Below, in pieces: positions 25,256 through 32,000 of a stretch of DNA of 32,000 bases. The stretch covers positions 1,440,001 through 1,472,000 of the forward strand of contig NZ_CP019633.1 of NCBI RefSeq assembly GCF_001997385.1, written 5' to 3'. How positions within the stretch are numbered: position 1 is the stretch's first letter; the number at the start of each line of letters is the position of its first letter. A model generated the notes under the pieces. The model ran no database searches. It saw nothing but the letters and a program-made list of their open reading frames with translations, and was not told where the DNA came from. A program made the position numbers and the translations under genes. The DNA is from Sedimentisphaera cyanobacteriorum (lineage in GTDB: Bacteria > Planctomycetota > Phycisphaerae > Sedimentisphaerales > Sedimentisphaeraceae).

Positions 25256-26178
25256 ACGAAAGAAACAGGAATCTTCTCAGCGAAATAACCCTATGGCTCA
25301 CCAGCGCTGTTCTGATTTTCTCGGCAGCGACCAAGTTCAAGATGGTTCTCAGCGAACCGATCGTTCCCGCAAACATATTCGAGGCAAGGGAATTTGTTAT
25401 CGTACAAACGGTGCTGATAACCGGGCTTGCGATTTGGCTGGTTTGCGGAATATTCAGAAAGGCCGGCTGGCTTCTCGCTGTTATCGCTTTCATCGTCTTT
25501 ACTCTCGACAGCCTATACAAGGGGCTTAGCGGGGCAGCCTCCTGCGGGTGCTTCGGGGGGGTAACGGTTAATCCGTGGATTACTGTTTTTGCTATTAATC
25601 TGCCCGTCTTAATCCTTCTTACATTGTTCAGGCCTCAAGGCGAGAAGCTCCTGCCGCCGCCTTGGCCGAACGCAAGACATCTGGTTTCAACCGCCCTGCC
25701 TACAGCCCTGCTTATTGCCTCTGTCAGCTGGACGATGGTGCATTTTGAACCACCGGCAGAAACTGAGGATTATCTTTATGTGGAAGAAGAGAAGTGGGAA
25801 GGTGAATACTTCGAATACCTTTACGACATCAGCATTGCAGATCAGCTCGCTGAAGGGCTGTCCATAATGCTCTTCTACCATAACGACTGCCCGAACTGCC
25901 GCGAGGCGATTCCAGTTTACGAAGAGTTTAATCAGGTTATGCAGGCCTCCGGGCAGGACGTGAAGGTAGCATTCATTCACCTGCCCTCGCAAGGCAGCTC
26001 TGCTCCGGATCCTGTGCCGCAGGATACTACCTGCCTGACAGGCGAGATTGTCAATCAGAGGCAGTGGCTCACGGCTACGCCGCTTGTTATAGTTACAGAA
26101 GACGGAACAGTGCTGGAGGTTTGGGAAAACGAGGTGCCTATGGATCTCGACAAGCTTCTAAGCGCCGTTTTCGGTTAG
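25252..26178 (+). CDS. Membrane protein: MauE/DoxX-like N-terminal TM domain fused to a thioredoxin-like (CxxC) domain
   Basis: Four TM helices with an ASCGCFGG motif (MauE-like). C-terminal MLFYHNDCPNCREAIPVYEEF is the thioredoxin-fold CxxC. ATGA overlap with the larC stop. Confidence 0.65.
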   Translation: MNERNRNLLSEITLWLTSAVLIFSAATKFKMVLSEPIVPANIFEAREFVIVQTVLITGLAIWLVCGIFRKAGWLLAVIAFIVFTLDSLYKGLSGAASCGCFGGVTVNPWITVFAINLPVLILLTLFRPQGEKLLPPPWPNARHLVSTALPTALLIASVSWTMVHFEPPAETEDYLYVEEEKWEGEYFEYLYDISIADQLAEGLSIMLFYHNDCPNCREAIPVYEEFNQVMQASGQDVKVAFIHLPSQGSSAPDPVPQDTTCLTGEIVNQRQWLTATPLVIVTEDGTVLEVWENEVPMDLDKLLSAVFG

Positions 26179-26248
26179 CCTCGGGTTTAGAAACGTTTTT
26201 GTGATATTTAGGGTATAGATTCAGGCGAGCATAGATTTCGCTGCAGCG

Positions 26249-26303
26249 AAAAAAAAAGGCTGCAGATTGTGATTGAACCCAACCTGCAGCCCGCTTTATT
26301 TAT
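26249..26303. terminator. Bidirectional terminator between convergent genes (membrane thioredoxin-like gene and rny)
   Basis: GGCTGCAG (26258-26265) / CTGCAGCC (26284-26291) 8-bp stem with an 18-nt loop. A run of 9 A precedes it and a T-rich tract follows. Confidence 0.45.
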
Positions 26304-26313
26304 TATCTTGGTA

Positions 26314-27888
26314 TTATTTGGCGAATTCCACGCATTTGACCTCACGCAGGAGAGTAACCTTAATCTCGCCCGGATATGTCATTTCATTTTCAATCTTAGT
26401 GGCGATATCACGTGCAATCTTCTCGGCAGAATTATCATCAATCTCGTCGGCATTAACAATTACCCTAATCTCTCTACCCGCCTGAATAGCATAGGTTATG
26501 GAAACGCCCTTGAAGCTGTTTCCAATCTCCTCGAGGGAACGCAGTCGCTTGATGTAGCGTTCGAGGGTTTCTCTTCTTGCTCCCGGGCGTGATGCGCTGA
26601 TAGCGTCTGCGGCTGCCACAAGAGGGGTGTACGGGTTGTCCGGAGCAATGTCTCCGTGGTGCCCTGCTACTGCATTTAGAACGACAGGGCTTTCATTAAA
26701 CTTTCGGAGGAATTCAGCACCAATGGCTGGATGGCCGCCTTCGTGTTCGTGGTCTATGGCCTTTCCGATATCGTGCAGGAAGCCTGCGCGCCTTGCCATG
26801 CTTCCGTCGAGCCCAAGCTCATCAGCCATCACCTGCGAGAGATACGCCACTTCAATACTGTGCTGAAGGGCGTTCTGGCCGTAGCTTGAGCGGTACCTCA
26901 AAACGCCAATCTTACCGAGAACTTTATTCGAAAGCCCGCGGACATCCATCTCTGTAGCAGTTTCCTTGCCAATCTGGAGCATACGCTGATCAACGTCTTT
27001 TCTGGTCTGTTCAACAAGACCTTCGATATGAGTAGGATGGATTCTGCCGTCTTGGATAAGCCGCTCCATCGTGAGCCTTGCCACTTCCCTTCTTACCGGA
27101 TCAAAGCCGCTTACGACAATCACGCCAGGGGTGTCATCAACGATCACATCCACGCCGGTGGCCTTTTCGAAAGCCCTGATATTCCGCCCTTCCCGTCCGA
27201 TAATACGGCCTTTCATATCATCATTCGGGATGTCAACGATTGATACGGTGGATTCGCAGCACTGCTCGGCTGAGAACCTCTGGATAGCAGAGCTGATAAT
27301 CTCCCTGCTCTTTCTTTCTGCGGTCTCGTTCGCTTCCTCAACCTTCTTGCGGATAACGACATTCATATCGTGCTCGCATTCATCCTCGAGCCTTTGGAGA
27401 AGCAGCTCTTTGGCCTCCTGAACATTCATCCCCGTAATCTGAAGAAGCACCTTCTTCTGCTCGGCAATAATATCTGTAAGAGCGGTTTCCCTTGCAGAAA
27501 GGCGTTTCTGCCTTTCCTGAATCTCGTTCTGTGAAACAGCAATCTCTTTTTCCTTCTCTGCGAAGAGTTCAGTCTGCCTTTGGTTCGCATCTTCTCTTTT
27601 GCTTAGCCGTTTCTCCTGATCTCGCAGTTCTTTTCGAACCTGATTGCACTCCTTTTCGAATTCCTCACGCCTTTTCATAAATTCAGAGGATGCATCGATT
27701 CTTGCGGTTTTAAGGATTTCTTCAGCTTCTTTTTTTGCTTCTTCGGTTTGTTTGTCTAATTTGTGCTTTAGTGTCTGCTGCTTTGCCACAGCAATCGAAT
27801 GGATTACGGCAAAAGTTGCAATTGCCGAAACAACTGCAGCGCCGCCGCCAACTAAAATTGGCGAAATTGCTAATATATTTATTAACAT
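26314..27888 (-). CDS. rny: Ribonuclease Y
   Basis: N-terminal TM anchor, coiled-coil region, KH domain (MKGRIIGREGRNIRAFE) and HD domain (HSIEVA...GFLHDIGKA). Confidence 0.95.
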   Translation of the reverse strand: MLINILAISPILVGGGAAVVSAIATFAVIHSIAVAKQQTLKHKLDKQTEEAKKEAEEILKTARIDASSEFMKRREEFEKECNQVRKELRDQEKRLSKREDANQRQTELFAEKEKEIAVSQNEIQERQKRLSARETALTDIIAEQKKVLLQITGMNVQEAKELLLQRLEDECEHDMNVVIRKKVEEANETAERKSREIISSAIQRFSAEQCCESTVSIVDIPNDDMKGRIIGREGRNIRAFEKATGVDVIVDDTPGVIVVSGFDPVRREVARLTMERLIQDGRIHPTHIEGLVEQTRKDVDQRMLQIGKETATEMDVRGLSNKVLGKIGVLRYRSSYGQNALQHSIEVAYLSQVMADELGLDGSMARRAGFLHDIGKAIDHEHEGGHPAIGAEFLRKFNESPVVLNAVAGHHGDIAPDNPYTPLVAAADAISASRPGARRETLERYIKRLRSLEEIGNSFKGVSITYAIQAGREIRVIVNADEIDDNSAEKIARDIATKIENEMTYPGEIKVTLLREVKCVEFAK

Positions 27889-28304
27889 ACCAGATTACCT
27901 TTCAATTGTAAGTCGCTCAAAAGTGCAATAGAAATCCGGCGTGGTGAGACGTATAATAGACCCGCAGGGCCTATTGAGATTAAATTTCCGCGCACAACGG
28001 CTCTAAGGCCTGCGGAAAGGCTTCAAATAGAAGGTTGAAAAACGTATATTTGAACATTTATTCAATATTCAGTTCCTGTAGATACAAATTTTCTGCCTAT
28101 TTTTGATTTCAACTATTATTACAGACCACCACAAGGTCTGAATGCTATTACACTTATAAAATTTATTTAAAACTATTTCCCAACAAAGGGAAACAGTTAG
28201 ATAATAAATTTGAGGAATGCAAAAATCAAGTAAAATGTTTTGAATTTCTTAGAGAAAAGCTAAGCATGTAATGAAAATCTGGTTTTTATCCGTAGAAACA
28301 GCAA

Positions 28305-28484
28305 TTACTGCTTCTCAGAATCTTTCTCGTGTATGCTGTCGTAAACTTCCTGTCTGTGCACAGTAACATCCCTTGGAGCCTGAACCCCAAGCTTCACCTT
28401 GCCGCCCTTAACATCAACAACTTTTATTACCACATTGTCGCCGATGACTATAGATTCGTCTTTTTGTCTGCTCAAAACCAGCAT
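28305..28484 (-). CDS. csrA: Carbon storage regulator CsrA (59 aa; below the ORF-track length cut-off)
   Basis: Hand translation of the minus strand gives [59 protein letters not shown]. This is collinear with E. coli CsrA (MLILTRRVGETLMIGDEV...GVNAPKEVSVHREEIY). GGAG SD about 8 nt upstream. Confidence 0.9.
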   Translation of the reverse strand: MLVLSRQKDESIVIGDNVVIKVVDVKGGKVKLGVQAPRDVTVHRQEVYDSIHEKDSEKQ

Positions 28485-28624
28485 TCGGGGACTCCGTTCA
28501 CCGTATTATTATACTTTAAGCGAAGAGCATTATAAACTATCGGTCAATGAAAACAAAGAAATTATTTAAACTAAATAACTTTCTTTCAATCCGATTTAAT
28601 CAGGCTGCCTCCTGCCTGCCGAGA

Positions 28625-29620
28625 TTAGAACTGATCGAGAAAACGCAAGTCGTTTTCGTAGAGCAGTCTTATATCGTATATGCCGAACTTCCGCATTGCG
28701 AGTCTTTCGATGCCAAGCCCGAAAGCCCAGCCCGTATATTTTTCGCTGTCTATACCGACAGAATCAAAGACGTTCGGATCTACCATGCCGCAGCCGCCAA
28801 TCTCAATCCACTGCTCTGAGCCGTCTTTATTATGGAAAAGAAGGTCGATCTCAGCGCTTGGCTCAGTAAACGGGAAAAAACTCGGTCTGAAACGCCATTT
28901 GGTATCCTCGCCGAAGAAAGTTCGGACAAACTGATCGACGGTTGTTTTGAGGTCTATCATGGAAACTCCCTCATCAACAACAAGCGCCTCAATCTGATGG
29001 AACATAAACATATGAGTTGCATCAACCGTATCCGGGCGGTAAACCCTTCCGGGAGCTACAACCCTTATAGGGGGCTTCTGAGACTCCATAACCCTGATCT
29101 GGATTGTGGATGTCTGGCTTCTAAGAAGGGTGTTCTCATCAATATAGAAATTATCCGCAGGGTCTCTTGCGGGGTGTTCATCAGGGATATTCAGAGCGAT
29201 GAAATTATGCCACTCATCTTCCACTTCCGGCCCGTATGCGATGCCGAAGCCCATCCTGCCGAAAATATCCAGCAGCTCATTTACAGTGTTTGATATTACA
29301 TGCTGCTTGCCTACTGCCGGCTTGAGCCCAGGAAGGGTAACGTCTTCAATCAGTTTCTCGGCCTTGCCGGATTCGCCGCCGGAAAGGCTCTTCTGCTTCT
29401 GCTTGAAGGCCTGATTTACTTCATTTTTAATCTTGTTGGCAAGTTTGCCGGCCTCTGCTCTATCTTCCGGGGCAACCTCGCCAATCTTGCTGAGAAGCTT
29501 GGTAATCAGCCCTTTCCTGCCGAGATACTTAATCCGGTACTGCTCAAGGGCTTCACTGCTTTGAACCTGCTCAAGCTCCTGCATGGCCTCTTTGCCGGTG
29601 TTTTCAAAATCTTTAAGCAT
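28625..29620 (-). CDS. pheS: Phenylalanine--tRNA ligase alpha subunit
   Basis: HPARD..DNFYI, RSQTS.IQIR, GRVYR.D..DATH...FHQIE, and FFPFTEPSAE...GCGMV.P.V class II motifs. Confidence 0.95.
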   Translation of the reverse strand: MLKDFENTGKEAMQELEQVQSSEALEQYRIKYLGRKGLITKLLSKIGEVAPEDRAEAGKLANKIKNEVNQAFKQKQKSLSGGESGKAEKLIEDVTLPGLKPAVGKQHVISNTVNELLDIFGRMGFGIAYGPEVEDEWHNFIALNIPDEHPARDPADNFYIDENTLLRSQTSTIQIRVMESQKPPIRVVAPGRVYRPDTVDATHMFMFHQIEALVVDEGVSMIDLKTTVDQFVRTFFGEDTKWRFRPSFFPFTEPSAEIDLLFHNKDGSEQWIEIGGCGMVDPNVFDSVGIDSEKYTGWAFGLGIERLAMRKFGIYDIRLLYENDLRFLDQF

Positions 29621-29640
29621 AAAATAGCTCTGAGCTTTAA

Positions 29641-29994
29641 TTAAAGAGCAGCTTTCGCTTCTTCTACGATCTTCTTGAAAGCAGCAGGATCATCTATAGC
29701 AATCTCGCTGAGCATCTTTCTATTGAGATTTATGTTTGCCTTTTTCAGTCCGTTAATGAAATGACTGTATGAGATGTCGCTGCTTTTGCATGCAGCGCTT
29801 AGGCGGGTTATCCAGAGCCTGCGGAAATCTCGTTTCCTGAGTTTCCTGTCGGCAGTTGCCCTTGCTCCGGCACGAACCGAGGCCTCCTTGGCAAGACGCA
29901 GCTGGCGTCCTGAAGGGCCTCTGTATCCTTTAACACTCTTTAGAATTCTTTTGTTTTTGCGCTTTTTCGCAGCGCCTATTCTTGTACGTGGCAT
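29641..29994 (-). CDS. rplT: 50S ribosomal protein L20
   Basis: MPRTRIGAAKKRKNKRILKSVKGYRG...RDFRRLWITRLSAA. Start set at ATG 29994 (AAGGAAAG SD). The 143-aa ORF-track version is over-extended. Confidence 0.95.
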   Translation of the reverse strand: MPRTRIGAAKKRKNKRILKSVKGYRGPSGRQLRLAKEASVRAGARATADRKLRKRDFRRLWITRLSAACKSSDISYSHFINGLKKANINLNRKMLSEIAIDDPAAFKKIVEEAKAAL

Positions 29995-30087
29995 TTCAGC
30001 TTTCCTTTCGTTAAATTTTCGCTGCTGGCGGCAAGCTGCAGGAGCCGAGAAGCAGCATTTCCCCGCCGGCAAAACGCCGGCAGATAA

Positions 30088-30294
30088 CTATTTCGATTTC
30101 TTCAAACCAAGCATATCACGGCATTTACCCGCATACTCATCACTGATATAACCGTCTTTGCCGAGATTGCGGCGCCTCTTAGGGCTCATCGCACTCATAA
30201 GGTGGTTGCTGCCGGCACGCTTATATTTGAATTTGCCCTTGGCAGTTATCTTTACCCGCTTGGACAATCCTTTGTGGGGCTTCATCTTAGGCAT
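30088..30294 (-). CDS. rpmI: 50S ribosomal protein L35
   Basis: MPKMKPHKGLSKRVKITAKGKFKYKRAGSNHL is the L35 signature. Confidence 0.93.
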   Translation of the reverse strand: MPKMKPHKGLSKRVKITAKGKFKYKRAGSNHLMSAMSPKRRRNLGKDGYISDEYAGKCRDMLGLKKSK

Positions 30295-30368
30295 AATAAG
30301 TTTACCCGTTTTCGATAAATTATTTTACTCCGCCCGAACGACCGCCGCCCGAGCAAATTGAAAACGTG

Positions 30369-30396
30369 ATTATCTGAAAAAAAGACTCAAGGTCAA
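30369..30396 (-). promoter_or_regulatory. Candidate sigma70-like promoter for rpmI-rplT-pheS
   Basis: Minus strand: TTGACC (complement of 30391-30396), 16-nt spacer, GATAAT (complement of 30369-30374). About 75 nt upstream of the rpmI ATG. Confidence 0.4.
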
Positions 30397-30523
30397 GTGA
30401 TATTTTTGGGGCGAGGCTGCGGTGTGGTTAAAGTATTGTATATTTAGCTGTTATAATTATCTGTTGTTGATATTCAGCAAGCGGATATAATTTTATGTTT
30501 TATATTCTCAGGGAACTCTCTCA

Positions 30524-31756
30524 TTGAAAAACAGGAAGATTTACACATTATTCCTCGGTCTGCTTGCGGCTGTTCCGCCTCTTGCAACTGATATGTATCT
30601 TGCAGCGATACCTCGGATAGCAGATGAGTGGAGTGTTGAAAAATCTGTCATCAACCTCTCGCTTGTTCTTTGGTTTGCGGCATACGGTATTGCGCTTCTA
30701 ATCTGGGGCGGTTTATCCGACCGATTCGGCAGAAGACCTATCTTGCTCAGCGGTCTTATAACGTTTATCGTATCTACAATACTCTGCTCACTCTCTCAGA
30801 ATGCTAATCAGCTGATCGCGGCGCGTCTTCTTCAGGGAATCGGTGCGGCAGGGGCATCCTCAATGGTTCTTGCAATAGCCCGAGACCGCTTTGAGGGCAA
30901 AGAGCGTCAGAAGCTGCTGGCATGGATAGGCATAATTCTTGGAACAGCTCCAATGATCGCCCCGTCTTTCGGTGCGCTGATCCTCAAATACAGCAGCTGG
31001 CGGATGATCTTTATTGCTCAAGCCCTTCTCAGCGTGATATCGCTTGCAGTCACGCTCAATATCTACACAGAAACGGCAGTATCACTAGATAAAGGCGGCT
31101 TTACAGCAATGCTGAAGCGATATGTACGACTGAGCAAAAATGCTGATTATATGCTTAGTAATGGTGCGATTGGATTGATAAATCCGCCCTTTTTTGGTTT
31201 TATTGCTTTTTCTGCTACTGCATACATCTTACACTTTGGAATGAGCGAACAGAGATTCGCAGCTTTGTTCGGAGCCAATGCGATGTGTGCTATACTCGGT
31301 TCAGCCCTGTGCACTCAATTGATAAAGAGATACAGCGAATATCGCCTGCTCACAATCTGTTTTACCGGCTGCCTTATTGGGGGATTGACACTTCTTTTGA
31401 TGGGCGTGCCAAAATGGTACGTGTTCTTTATTGGTATGGGGATATATTCGTTTTTCCTCGGCTTAAGCCGTCCGCTGATAAATCACCTTATCGTTGAGCA
31501 GGTCAGCCAAGACATAGGCGCAGCGAGCTCAGGCATCGTGTGCTATCAATTTATAGCAGGTGCGATTGGGATGTATATCGCTGAACAGCCTTGGCTCAAG
31601 CCATTTCTTGCATTCGGCATAATGGCAGCAATATGCCCGCTTGCTGTACTGCTGATATGGCCAGTACTGCTCAAACGAATCCGACAAAATCAGAGCACCG
31701 CCTCAGCAGACACCACGGCAAAAGAGGCATCTATCGAGGAAGCAAGCGGAGGATAA
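30524..31756 (+). CDS. MFS transporter, Bcr/CflA drug-resistance subfamily
   Basis: 12 TM helices. N-terminal LGLLAAVPPLATDMYLAAIP and motif A GGLSDRFGRRPILLSGL are typical of Bcr/CflA. TTG start. Confidence 0.85.
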   Translation: MKNRKIYTLFLGLLAAVPPLATDMYLAAIPRIADEWSVEKSVINLSLVLWFAAYGIALLIWGGLSDRFGRRPILLSGLITFIVSTILCSLSQNANQLIAARLLQGIGAAGASSMVLAIARDRFEGKERQKLLAWIGIILGTAPMIAPSFGALILKYSSWRMIFIAQALLSVISLAVTLNIYTETAVSLDKGGFTAMLKRYVRLSKNADYMLSNGAIGLINPPFFGFIAFSATAYILHFGMSEQRFAALFGANAMCAILGSALCTQLIKRYSEYRLLTICFTGCLIGGLTLLLMGVPKWYVFFIGMGIYSFFLGLSRPLINHLIVEQVSQDIGAASSGIVCYQFIAGAIGMYIAEQPWLKPFLAFGIMAAICPLAVLLIWPVLLKRIRQNQSTASADTTAKEASIEEASGG

Positions 31757-31796
31757 GGGCAGGAAAATTGAGCCTTAAAGGTTGCAGTGCGGCCTT

Positions 31797-32000
31797 TTAT
31801 CCAACGATATTGAAAAACAGATACGCAAACGGAGCCGTGAAAACGAGCGAATCGACGATATCAAGCACGCCTCCAAAGCCCGGGAGTTTGTCGCCGGAGT
31901 CTTTTATGCCGGCATCCCTTTTGAGCATAGATTCGGCGAGGTCTCCAAGCTGGCCTGCAAAAGCGAATATAATCCCGAAAATGGCCCCCTGCCACCACAG
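31797..32000 (-). CDS. cdsA: Phosphatidate cytidylyltransferase, C-terminal 67 codons (partial; continues beyond the window)
   Basis: Hand translation gives ...GQLGDLAESMLKRDAGIKDSGDKLPGFGGVLDIVDSLVFTAPFAYLFF...*. This matches the CdsA signature GDLxES..KR..g.KD....lPGHGG.lDR.DS with H-to-F and R-to-I substitutions. Confidence 0.8.
   Translation of the reverse strand: MWWQGAIFGIIFAFAGQLGDLAESMLKRDAGIKDSGDKLPGFGGVLDIVDSLVFTAPFAYLFFNIVG

Noticed and set aside
28329-28535. 68-aa plus-strand ORF from the ORF track
   Set aside because: It lies exactly antisense to the clear CsrA coding sequence (28305-28484, minus). Its translation has no recognisable features, so it is a shadow ORF.
28547-28819. 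90-aa plus-strand ORF starting in the csrA-pheS spacer
   Set aside because: Most of it is antisense to the highly conserved 3' end of pheS, and no family features are visible.
29995-30072. N-terminal 26-codon extension of the L20 ORF (143-aa version)
   Set aside because: The canonical L20 N-terminus MPRTRIG starts at ATG 29994 with an AAGGAAAG SD. The extension is Cys/Ala-rich read-through of the structured spacer.
1-32000. Whole-window scan for tRNA/rRNA genes, CRISPR arrays, integrases, transposases or prophage structural genes
   Set aside because: I found no cloverleaf-like or T-loop (GGTTCGAAT-type) sequences in the intergenic regions, no regularly spaced repeats and no recombinase-like ORFs. 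The low-GC insert therefore cannot be called a mobile element on present evidence.

Overview
This is a densely coded chromosomal window of about half G+C (judged by hand counts of sampled lines). The gene set indicates an anaerobic bacterium. It includes pyruvate formate-lyase, NifS/NifU, a ferredoxin-dependent 2-oxoacid oxidoreductase, McsA/McsB-like proteins, LarC, RNase Y and CsrA. This content, a lysine-tailed histone-like protein and a secreted protein with dockerin-like C-terminal repeats are compatible with a PVC/Planctomycetota-like lineage. That taxonomic call is inference only.

Gene order, left to right:
- an unidentified 3' gene end
- Rrf2 regulator plus a small MazG-like protein
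- Lys-rich-tail/histone-fold-like protein
- VanZ-like protein
- orphan Dam-type m6A methyltransferase
- YciH/SUI1
- GT9 glycosyltransferase
- 482-aa secreted protein
- ferredoxin, alpha and fused beta-gamma 2-oxoacid:ferredoxin oxidoreductase operon
- EamA transporter
- GalM
- MBL hydrolase
- SH3b secreted protein
- AMMECR1
- FeoA
- PflB
- NifS and NifU
- degenerate MNT-like protein
- a low-GC insert
- CoaD
- PTPS/QueD-like protein
- McsA and McsB-like
- LarC
- MauE/thioredoxin-like membrane protein
- RNase Y
- CsrA (59 aa, absent from the ORF track)
- PheS, L20 and L35
- Bcr/CflA-type MFS transporter
- partial CdsA

I saw no rRNA, tRNA, CRISPR array, integrase or transposase.

The main hunt result is a roughly 2.2 kb AT-rich insert at 19.4-21.6 kb, between the nifUS operon and coaD. 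It carries a translationally coupled ABC-type ATPase gene and a short TOPRIM-like (E...DxD) gene. That layout resembles a split-OLD or PARIS-like architecture. A convergent zinc-ribbon gene overlaps its 3' end. I read this as a candidate compact anti-phage or abortive-infection module.

Secondary items:
- a bacterial histone-fold-like protein with an H1-like tail
- a McsB homologue that appears to lack the kinase arginines
- a terminator-like hairpin inside the predicted leader of the oxidoreductase operon
- an orphan Dam methyltransferase
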